Assembly: GCA_020137815.1 (NCBI GenBank)
Contig: CM035356.1
Span: 6,324,001-6,388,000, forward strand
DNA: 64,000 nt
Source of the DNA: Hormiphora californensis
Taxonomy: Eukaryota > Animalia > Ctenophora
Direction: 5' to 3'
Shown: piece by piece, positions 1 to 11,300 of the stretch
Position numbering within the stretch: position 1 is the first letter of the stretch
Layout of the letters: each line of letters begins with the position of its first letter
Program-made: the position numbers and the translations under genes
The notes under the pieces: generated by a model
Databases searched by the model: none
What the model was told of the DNA's origin: nothing
Seen by the model: only the letters and a program-made list of their open reading frames with translations

Positions 1-218
1 GGAGGAGAGGGGTGCTATCTACAGCTAAGGGAGGGTGTAGGTGAGGTGCTTATAGCTGTTTCAAGATCATTGTCCCGTCTAGACTTGTACTGTTTGTTAC
101 ATTTTCCCTCCTCGTTGACTATCTCGGCCTCCTTTTCGCGAGCTCCGTTTGAATAAAACAACCTCCTCGCAGATCCTGGTCCGTGAAGGGCACACATAAC
201 AATTTCCCTTCTCACTAG

Positions 219-1981
219 GTTCTGGTCCGTGAGGGGCACACGTGGGAGAGTGGAGCTGCCGTCCTCGACAGGGCATGTCAGGAGGGGGTGATGGTGGAGT
301 GTATGAGCTCGCAGAGGAAATGTGTCAATGCAACCGTGAGGTATAGTGAGGTACCGTGAGGTACTGAGAGGTACAGTGAGGTAGAAGTACAGTGAGGTAT
401 AGCCTGTCTGGCGGCGCCAGACCCCGATTTTATTCTTTAATCTGAGCGTACTACAGTGCGCTCGGATGGGGTCAGACAAGGTATACAGCAATTGGGAGAT
501 TAAATCTATTAAAACTTCTGGACCACAGACAGCACCGTACTGAAGTTCTCACTGCCGTCTGTGGTGCCTCTAACTTCCGAGAACGGAACTTGGGTAGCCT
601 TTAAAATAAGCTTTTAGAAGATTCTCCCAATAGAATCTGTGGTAACAATAAAAGGGTGCAACAATGACGCTTCCTTTAAAATTAAAATCAGTGGCATTGC
701 GGCATAGCAACTTAGAGCACTTAGGAAATTGAACAATGAAAAATGAAGTCGTGCCAATAAAACAATTCAACGTTTGTCGTTAACTCTCTCCCTCAATCCA
801 GGGCGTATTCAGAAAGGGATGTTGAAATTGGGCAAGTTCGATATTATGATTGTGCAGGACCATGGCTGGTGGCGGCACTATGCGATAAACTAAGTGAAGG
901 GATCTCAATAGGTAATCAGTGTGATAAACTAAGTGAAGGCATCTCAATAGGTAATCAGTGTGATAAACTAAGTGAAGGGTAATCAGATAGAATGTGGATT
1001 GTGGCCTGGGTCAAATAGGGGGGGGGGGGTTAAACCGGGGGACTGGAACAAGTTTACCGAGACGAGAACTAAGAAGATACTCGATAAAATACCCCTGGCA
1101 TGAATAATTATTTTTCTTCAGGTTTTAGTTTAAACTCAACCACATGTACCAGGGACTGGTGCTGGGGAAACGGGTGTAACTCACCATACCCTCCAAAAGG
1201 TGATTATAGATTGGTAATGATCAATAAACTTAACTTATCTACCTCTCACCAGACCCGGCCCGACCAGCTTCTGCTTGGAGGGTGCTGGTGGAGGCTTAAA
1301 CCATGAAGAGTAGGAACTATATTTTGACTCTTTTATTTCTCAGATTCGATTACAGACAGTCCACCAGATGAAAAAAGGACCCCCGGCCCAAGTGCACCAA
1401 CAACAGCCGCGATTACAGAAACCAGGCCCATTGAGAACAAATTAGGAGACTTGCCGGAGGACAACGAGTTAGAAACTCAGAACGACCAGGAAATAATATC
1501 AGAACCAGATGAAATAGATGAAACTCCGTTGAATACTACCTCGGACAGGAATCAAAAACCAACGGAAGGTAACCTAACCACCTCGCAACCACAGGACACC
1601 ACAACACCCTGGGAGACAACATTCCCACCTACCATCTCCCAAACTACCGGGGGAAGGGGTTATACTGCTGGTAATGAGACAGATTGGGAGTTGAGTGCAG
1701 TGGTTGTAACAGAGGAAGAAGTAGAGGAGGAGGAAGATGACGAAAAAGAAGATGAAGAAGACGTAGTTGTCAAGGCGACGCAACCGACTCAAGAAGTTGT
1801 CCCCAATGGAAGTAATGATGAGGATCAAGGAGATGAACAGTTGGATAATGAGGTTGTTATTGGTGATCCAGAACAGACAAAGAAAGTAGAAGGAGATGAA
1901 AAGACTTCCAATGCCGCTAAACACTCGGCTAATTTTATCGAATTTTTGGCAGTTCTTTTAATCTTAACCAATTTTGTTTAG
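219..1981 (+). CDS. Ly6/uPAR (three-finger)-like GPI-anchored protein with Thr/acidic stalk; 5'-partial; exons 219-340, 802-911, 1122-1199, 1344-1981
   Basis: GT-AG junctions have consistent phases (0/2/1/1). The spliced protein VLVREGHTWESGAAVLDRACQEGVMVECMSSQRKCVNATVR-AYSERDVEIGQVRYYDCAGPWLVAALCDKLSEGISIG-FSLNSTTCTRDWCWGNGCN has LU-type Cys spacing ending in CxxxxCN. It continues into a T/E/D-rich stalk and a C-terminal hydrophobic tail (SNAAKHSANFIEFLAVLLILTNFV*). The N-terminal exon was not found. Confidence 0.7.
336..402 (+). repeat. ~10-bp donor-site repeat (GTGAG|GTA), about 6 copies
   Basis: Starts at the 340/341 exon-intron junction. Confidence 0.75.
884..986 (+). repeat. 39-bp repeat of exon end plus donor, about 3 copies
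   Basis: GATAAACTAAGTGAAGG(G/C)ATCTCAATAG|GTAATCAG. Confidence 0.85.
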
Positions 1982-2261
1982 AATTACATTGTACGATATT
2001 TGCTAGCTTCTAGTTGGACTAAAATGATAAATCATGATTTTGAAAATGTAAATTGTTGATACTTTTCTAAAACATTTCTGTTGGTAAATACATATCTGAA
2101 ATGGACTCTACATATAATACGGACTTGTTAGAGTGATGCGAATCTATCAACATGATGCTCCTTTTATCTGACACCGATAGAATATTTTCAATCATGAGTT
2201 TTATTTGTATTACTTTGTTATCGAGTAAAACGCTAAAGTTATATTCACACATACATGCAAT

Positions 2262-2467
<206 letters not shown>

Positions 2468-2571
2468 AACTTTATCGGGGGCTAAATGTTTTCATTGTGT
2501 TTGGGTGTCAATGAATTCTCTCTCTTGCCCCAACATCCCCCCACGCCCCGTGATCACCCTGAATATTGAAC

Positions 2572-2606
2572 TATAAAAGTTCAACAATTTACAAATTTAC
2601 CAGTTT
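2572..2606 (+). promoter_or_regulatory. TATA box plus Inr-like element of the secreted-peptide gene
   Basis: TATAAAA at 2572-2578 and CCAGTT about 30 nt downstream; ATG at 2662. Confidence 0.55.
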
Positions 2607-2661
2607 CATTTTAGTAGTTTCTACAATCTTGTAAAACCTTCTGAAACAGATCTCTAACAAA

Positions 2662-3372
2662 ATGCGAGCCACCCTTCTTGTTCTCTTTTCCATTGCTGCC
2701 CTACTGGTGATAGTACGTTCTTCTGATGCTGAGGAGTCCTTTCATCAAGAGGTATGTACCTGCTGTTAGGTCAATACAGTCGGACCCCGATTTACCGGGC
2801 CCCGATTTACCGGAACCCCGATTTACCGGGAGGATAAACTTCCCCCGGTATAGGAAATTAACAGTATTTCACCCCGATATACCGGGCACCCCGATTTACC
2901 GGGCAAAATCCTCTCCCCCGAGCATCCCGGTAAATCGGGGTCCGACTGTATATGCTCTGACTGCTGTTTCTAAGAAATGAGAATAGGGTCAGGCCAATGT
3001 TCTGATAGAGTACTTGTAAGTTGTATATTCCCGATCACATCTAGGCTTGTGTGGCTCACTCCGCACGCTGTGAGGGTTGTTTTGTTCAAATGCCGAACAA
3101 GGCAACGTGAGGGTTGGTGGATCACATCTGGGCGTGTTATCGAGGTTGTTGTAAACTGTTTACAAATGGGTTGGTTGGTTGGTTGGAGCGGCTGGTGCTG
3201 TTTACAAATGAACCCAATTTTTACATATGAACCCAATATTTTTCAGAGTGATAGCAGCTTAGAAGACAGTGCCTCAGCAGAGGAGAGGGAGAGCCTATCA
3301 CTGGATAGGGTTCGAAGACAGATCCGAAGGAAGGGACGATTCGACAAGGCAAAATCACAAGACGAGAAATAG
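2662..3372 (+). CDS. 71-aa secreted prepropeptide (candidate neuropeptide/bioactive peptide precursor); exons 2662-2751, 3247-3372
   Basis: MRATLLVLFSIAALLVIVRSSDAEESFHQE|SDSSLEDSASAEERESLSLDRVRR-QIRRKGRFDKAKSQDEK*. It has a signal peptide, acidic pro-region and furin-type RVRR site. The intron is phase 0 (GAG|gtatgt...ttttcag|AGT), and AATAAA lies at 3457-3462. Confidence 0.75.
2777..2948. mobile_element. Tc1/mariner/pogo-type MITE (CAGTCGGACCCCGATTTA TIR, TA TSD)
   Basis: TA-CAGTCGGACCCCGATTTACCGGG...CCCGGTAAATCGGGGTCCGACTG-TA, with internal repeats of the TIR motif. Confidence 0.85.
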
Positions 3373-4429
3373 GTGGATGGGACTCTTTGAGCAATGATAA
3401 TGTTACATTTTTGGTGATATTTTAGAAGGCAAACATCATGACAAATATAGAAAAAAAATAAATGCATGATTATTTTTAATATATGATATGTTAATGGTTT
3501 ACATTTATTTTACTTTTCAGTTTACCCATCCCATTTTGGTCCCAAAACCTCGTGTTTATATTCAAGTTAACAGTTGCGATGAAACTTTAAGGCCAGAGGG
3601 GGGATCGTGGGGTATAAAAAGATACTTTTGGAATCTGGTCCGCACCTCCCGCCGCCCCGCCCCCTCTAGCCTTAATTATTTTGTAACTGGATAAAGACAT
3701 AGGACTGCATGACTTGAGTTTGGGTAATAAATATAACTTTGAATTATACATAAATTAAGATGGGTACTATACTTAGTGTACTTCTAGAACGAAGTACAAC
3801 AAGTAAAACAATTAGTGGCTATTTCCGATGCTATAGTTGTTCTGGGCTCACACCAAGCTAAGCTTGAAATGACGATTTTCTAATAAGCAAATCGAAGAAT
3901 ATCAGTACAGTGTATATATTATCACTGATATTATTAGGATAGAGAGGAAGAGAGACCTCTTAAAAGGGTTGCAACTCGAAGTTGCAGCCCAATATAAATT
4001 TGTAATTTATTGGGGGCACGAACACTCAATGAGACGGGTCATTTTTCAGAGGTTTCCAGACCGCGGTCTCATTGCAGCATTTCAGTACACCAATATTTGA
4101 ACCCTGTCTGGCGGCACCAGACCCCGATTTGATCAGACAGTGCGCTCAGATGGGGTCTGCGGCGCCAGACAGTTTGCACCTAGCATCATAATTTAGCCTG
4201 TAAGTTGATTTTTACTAACTCGCAAACTTTATAATTCATTCGTACATGAAACACACACACATAGATCTACAATGCAGCTCAGGAACGACTGTAACAGTCA
4301 TGTCCCCATAGCAACAGACACACAAACACAATTAACATACAATTAATTAGTTACCGGTTTACCCGGATATCTTTTAGTCTTTTCCAGATGTTATTAGTTT
4401 TTGGGCCACCCTGTACTACAGTTTTATGA

Positions 4430-7397
4430 TCAAGTTGTTCGGTACCTTGATGAGGGAGACCGGAGTCCTGGTTCCTCACCTCGGTGAATGATGGTGATAT
4501 TGTCATCTTGGGATTCACTGAATGTGGTGTCAACTGTGGGGGCTGCATAGTAGTGAACTTGCTCCCCGCTCCGGCGTTCTGTTTTTCTCCTACTTTTAAC
4601 AACCTTTGTTACAACTGAAAGAGACATGGACAATGATAATGTCTGGGGAATGGTAATGGGATAATATAATAATAATAATAATAATAATATCAGCATTTGT
4701 ATACACGCTCAGACCCCGTAGAATACTAGAATCTAAAAAACCCTAGTAACACGGAGCATCAGAGCGGTTCACCTCAGCTGCAAACCCTAAAAAAATATAA
4801 TATAATAATGTCTATAAAAATCCAGTTAAATGTCCAGTGCTCTGATGCTCAAAAAATCCGGTAACAAAAACTATCATCAGTCTCACACACACGCCCACAC
4901 ACTCAAATCACCACCTCCACCACCTTGCCTCCTCTCATTCCAAAGGTCTTCCCAGGTTCCCTCTCCTTCCTCGCCCTCAGCTCAGCAACCAACTTCCTCC
5001 TCTCCTCTCTCTCCTCTGGTGAACGATCAGGGGATATGTAAATATCCTTGTAATCTTGAGAGTTCTTCAGACTACTCTTACTGGATAGAATCCGATCTCG
5101 GAAATTCCGGCCACTCAAACGCAGCTTGACTGGTCGGTTAGTACCCTCCTTGTACCTACCAAGGCGCTCTATACCCCAAACATTGGTAGTACACTCACCC
5201 ATTTTATCAAACAGGCGCCTGACATCCAACTCCAAATCGGTGTTGTTTTCACTTTTACAATCATCCAACCCATGGACAATCAAATTGCTCATCCTGTCCT
5301 CGGTTGCACTGCTAATTGCTGTGCTGATTCGCTTCGGAGCTAGGGCTGTGTCACATCGCTTCTTGAGAACAGAAGAAAAGGTCCTGATTTCCTCCTCTGC
5401 TGTAGACTGTACCGCAGTTATCTCCTTATCACGCTTGTCTAACAACTCGCACTGCAACTTAACAAGTTGTCCCTGAGCCTCCACCAGTGCTCGCTGAGAA
5501 GCAATCAACTCCTCTTGACCATCCAATAGCCTCCTCTCACTGTCCTCAACTTCGTTACTCAGGCGGTCAAGCAGCGGGTAACACCTCTCCATTAGGAAAC
5601 GACAAACCTTCTCCGTGAAATCCTCTAGTTCAGGCTTTTTAATCCCCTTGATCTTACTCTTAGTCGGACACTTCAAGCTATCCCAAACACTACGGCCGGC
5701 AGTCAAACTTTTCGGGAAGGAATCCTTAATACCAGCATGTGAAAATAGGTCCCGTACCAGGTCAAATAGTTCGCCCTGCACTTCACCATAGACACTTCTC
5801 TGTACCCTTTCATCGCTATACACTCTCAGCCGGTCTTTGAAACTGCAAGCAGAGGCAGTACTACCACTCATAGCAGGAGAGATAGATATCTCACAATTAG
5901 AGAGATTCGCAAGCAGAACAGAGATAAGGGAGCTCTGACCAAATGTGATGTGAGAACATATGTAATATAAAAAGGGATAATATAAGAAGGGGTTAAAAAG
6001 AAGTTTTTTTGGATTTGAGCACTAAACATTTAAGACATTAACCCCATTTTAACTCACTGAGCGATAGAATGATGAGAAAGAGGACGGTGCCACTGGTCAG
6101 GAAGACCGTCTCAGTGGTACAGAATGATCGTGTTTTAAACTCCTCCCTGTACAGGAGAGTCCGGGTGGTGTTTGTCCCCCATACCTCCAGAGTGTACCAT
6201 CTGGATTCCTTCAGGTGGCCTACCTTTGCAGTATCACTCACTGAAAATAGGAACTGAGTTAAAGTGAGAGTGGACCGGATCAGAATTGGACAAGTTTGTT
6301 GTAGGTAGTAGAGAATGGCTCTCTGAGCATTTTGCCTTTTTGCCGCTCAAAATTGACCCACCCATCACTGAGATATTTTTGTTATGTTGGGAGAATTCCT
6401 GCTGGATCAGTATTTATCAAACAGGATAGAAACAATCCTTGTGTTTTACTAACACATTCTTTAAATTTTTAATATGCTGGCTTGCATTGCCCTGCTTCTG
6501 TGTATGGACATGTCAACCTCACTGCTTATATTCAGAATGTGTTAGTAAAACACTTCGACTGTTTCTATTCTGTTTTATACATACTGATTAAACAGGAGTT
6601 CTCCCAACATAACAAAAATATCTCATTGATGGGTGGGTCGATTTTGAGCGGCAAAATCGCAAAATGCTCAGAAAGCTAATCTCTACTACCTACAACAAAC
6701 TTGTCCAATTCTGATTCGGTCCACTCTCACTTTAACACCGTCAGAGCATTGACCTTACAGGGTTAACATGTGTGGGTTTAGGGTTAACATCTATTTAGGA
6801 GAGAGACTTCAGATCCTCTCATTGCGGACAGACATGTCTGTTTACTGAAGTCTTCTGCAGAACCTACTAAATGACAGATCTAGTACCATTGAGAAATTCT
6901 TCGGAAGATATCAACTACTTGACATACCATTTTTACTAGTCACTTCCTCGTCGTTGGCGTACAGTGAATAACTGAAAGAGATAGTATCCCAGACATGAAC
7001 GGGAGGGGAGAGAGAGAGGGAGAGAGAGAGAGCGAGAGAGAAAGCGAGAGAGAGACAATATGAATAAGAACGATTAAAACTACTCTAAACATAATGTGAC
7101 ACACTGACAACTGCAAAATACCTATAAAATGCGTATGTTCTCGCATCTTTATCGCTGAGAGAAAACTTGAAATCTCGGCACCCAATCTGAAACAGATACA
7201 GAGGTAGCCATGGTAACCAGGCCACGGTAACAATGGTAACTTTGGTAGTATGTGTTAACGAAAACAAGTCTGGTTTGTCTCAGTCTCAGTCTCAGTCTCA
7301 GTCTCAGTCTCAGTCTCAGTCTCAGTCTCAGTCTCTGTCTCTGTCTCTGTCTCTGTCTCTGTCTCTGTCTCTGTCTCTGTCTCTGTCTCTTTCTCTG

Positions 7398-7472
<75 letters not shown>

Positions 7473-8226
7473 ACCTCTATTTCCACTGTGGGACGGTTCG
7501 TTCTCGCTGGAACAGTGAACTTCATAGGAACTGATTGTTCACTGCACCCTATCTCATTGCAAAACTGGATATCTCCATATGACACATATTCCCCGTCTTC
7601 AAATACGACTCTAGTAATAATACAGAGTTAACTGTGTTAGCATAAAAATAAAATATAGAAAATATCTTTGATATTGATTTTGTACTAGATACTGCATTTT
7701 GTACTAGTTTGATGACAAGATAGTGCTTGTCTAGACAAGGGTCGTTATATTCGTGGGAATCAATTATATTTACAATTAGTAAAGTTTTGAGAAATAATAT
7801 CTGTTCGAATATATTAATCCAATGGATTATTTTAATCGAACCATGGGCCGCATGTAGCGTGATACAGAAAGGAACAATTAGGGGACATACAATTGAAAAA
7901 GGAACTCCGGGGAGTTAGTTGTCCCTAAACCAGCTGTAACTGTAGAGTGGCGAGTGCTACCATAATATTTGATAAAACACTGTCTGGCGCCGACGACCCC
8001 ATCTGAGCGCACAGATGGGGTCAATGAGAATCAAATTGGGGTATGGGCGCCGCCATACAGATAAAAATTACCTGTCCAGTGTCAGTAGTGGTATGGAAGT
8101 GTTCACTGCAAGTTCATGATGTTCTGAAGAACCCGACAATTGGTATGTTAAGTTGTGACCTCCCCAATGGTCTCTGTCCAAACTGTCCCATTCAACGCTG
8201 AGATATATTATAGTACATAAAGATGA

Positions 8227-8297
<71 letters not shown>

Positions 8298-8298
8298 C

Positions 8299-8396
<98 letters not shown>

Positions 8397-11300
8397 TGAA
8401 GATACATATAATATACGAGACAGAAGTCATTATCTGTCAAAAATTTAAAAGGGTTGAAATAATGACAACTTTAAATTCACTGCATTTCAATAAATATTAA
8501 AGCATATAAATAGCTTAGATAAAGAAAAAATATGGTTGACTTGATACACATCATCGGATAGTTAGTTTTAAGTTGTCGAGTAACCCATTACTCAACAAGT
8601 TTCAAAGAGGCAATAGAGGCACTTACACAAGTTTGTCTTGGTCCAGATAATACGCTGTAAATTTAGGAGAATACTCAACAACAGGAAGAGACTTCAGTGT
8701 GGTAAGGACCTGAAATAGAATAATAAAATGTAACTAACCAAAAACTATTGTTTCACTGAATTTAAAAGGGGGCTGAATGATACAGAACTTGAAACTGACA
8801 TATGTACTACGTCTAGGGGGTCGACCTGGGTCCAGCCCTAAAAGTGGCCAGGCCTAAAAGAGGTCAGGCATTCGGCCTAAATCAGGGTACCGATGGCCTT
8901 TTTAGGGATGGACCCCCCTACACTAATCTCACTACCTGAAATGATTCTGCGATTTGATATCCAAGGGGTCGACCGGAGATAACTTTACCCTGATAACAAC
9001 ACCCCGGAAAAAGTCCAAATATTGTGGCGGTGGTGTTGGAATGAACACCCTGGATATCCACGTCTCCTCCGCAAGGGGTGTTACCATGGTGACAAGGTGC
9101 TGGTGACACCTCCACTGCCGTATCACCATGGTGATTATCCCAGGTGATGGTGACGGATGTTAGGGTGCTGTCTGTCTGGATGATATCCCGGCATTGCCAC
9201 TTATCAACTGAAGGATTTAGGTGTTACCTAGGTCGAATGTTGCTTTACACTATTTTGCTCTTGCTTTATTACAAGTATATTGAAGAACGTCAAAAGAATG
9301 GCCTGATTCATGTTTGGCCAGTGTTTGGCCATCTATACCTTTATGTAGATTGACGGTTGGAGAAATGAAGACACTTCCTAACTCATCCTTAGCCACACAG
9401 AAATACCTCCCAATGTCTCCCTCAAACAGACAACCCTGTAAAATTGGGTTTATATCAGAACACTGACTACAGTCAAATTACTATCATTACGCCTACTAAG
9501 CCGGATTATGGTTTTTTTCCCTTCCTAGTTTGTAACTAGGCCGAAAGAAATTTTGTTTTGTCCCTAAAAATATCATTATGAACGTATTATTCGGCCGCTT
9601 AACAACTAAAAACTTACAAATTTTAGCACAAATTCAGCTGCTCCCTTCCTGATAGTTATCCTGTTGGGATCAATAGGTTCTAAATCCTCCCTGTAACAAC
9701 TGAAAAAGTTTGGATTATTCACGGTATATATCTGCAGAAGTTTTGGGGAAGGTATAGATTTTCTGATTTTAGGGAAAGTATAGATTTTCGATTCATGCCC
9801 GCGGGGAGATTTGTTTCTGTTTCCAGACGTTGCTTCGTTCCGGGTAAATTATACCTGATTTGTGTTTCACCACTAAGCTGCTGAGAGGTGGTAAAGAGAA
9901 TATAGGACAAGTTGCTGTTCAGACTTATCGAGTTTTCCGCAGAATTAATTACAATGTCTGATAAGGGGCGAAATGTGAGATGACTAGGGGCTTGATAAAA
10001 TATTAACATAATACACGTGAATGGAACCCCCATTTTCCAAATTATGACAGAAATATGGGGGTAAATGGAGACCTCTAACAAAGCTGTGGAGCCTCGTCAA
10101 TTGGTACATAATCAAGGTACCTAACTACTAATTACCGCCTATGTAGTATACCGATAGTAGGTACCGAAAATAGTGATATGTGTGTATAAAGTGGCTCACA
10201 TCATCACTTTATTTCTTAGGGTTCGGTAGATCAACATAAAAGTACCTACTTGTTTGTGTCATACCTACTGTATTATAAGTACTATCTAAAGCTGTAGTGA
10301 TATTCGTATGAAAGTACCTTTTAGGAAGGTCACAGTGAAGGTGATGGTGGCTGAATTGTCGGCGGTACTGCAGCCCCCATGATACTCAGATGACACCCCA
10401 CCGCCACCACCTTCAATGCACATTGTCTCATTTGTACAGGTGTTGGAACAAAGACCATTCGTGTTATGTGACCTCTCTGAGGTATCTGGGGATGGGGGGT
10501 ATCGTGTTATTAAGTTGCCTTGCTCGACCCTCTTTCCGTGCGCTCCGCTCAAAGGGTAAGAACATCACAAGTTATTTTTTAAGTTGTTGTGGAAGCAAGG
10601 GAAATCATGATCGTGTTCGGTGTTACCATGGTAACTTCACCACGTACCATCATGAATGTGTTACCATGGTAACATCACCACGGTTACCATGGTAACATCA
10701 CCACGTACCATCACCACGGTTACCATTGTAACATCACCACGTACCATCATGATAGTAGACATCAGTGTAGTGAGTGTCACCGGTAAATAGGGCTTCTAGC
10801 AGTACTGGGTCTCCCTCCCTCACCCTCAGGTTCACATAGTCACATTGTGAGGAGCCAATACAAGAGGATTCGTCCTTCACCTATAGTTGTTCAATTTCAT
10901 TAGTAGTTTATTAGTACATTAGGGTTGTTACTAGATCACTTTGTATGATCGCACGACAAGCAAGGTGAAGGAACCTAAACTAGAATTGTTATGTAGAATT
11001 GCTATATAGATTCTAGTTCTAGTTACTATTGGAACTAGAACCTACAACTGCTTAACCTGCTGGGAACTCTGCAGATGAACGTGACTAAGGGACGGAAGTC
11101 GGAGGGGCAACTATCTAACCACTATAGATTTATGCTCATGGAAACGAGGGCCACTCTAACGATTTGGGAAATACTGGTCCCTGATTGGCTGATAACCAGT
11201 CACGTGACCTAAATAACGAGTTCTGATTGGTTGTTTACTTGATTCGGTCGGTTCCTGAAACGAGGGCCACTCTAACGATTTGGGAAACCTTATCAAGTAC

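Noticed and set aside
15-491. 158-aa minus-strand ORF
   Set aside because: It is antisense to the + strand LU-like exon, its donor repeat and a dispersed repeat, and has no recognisable motif.
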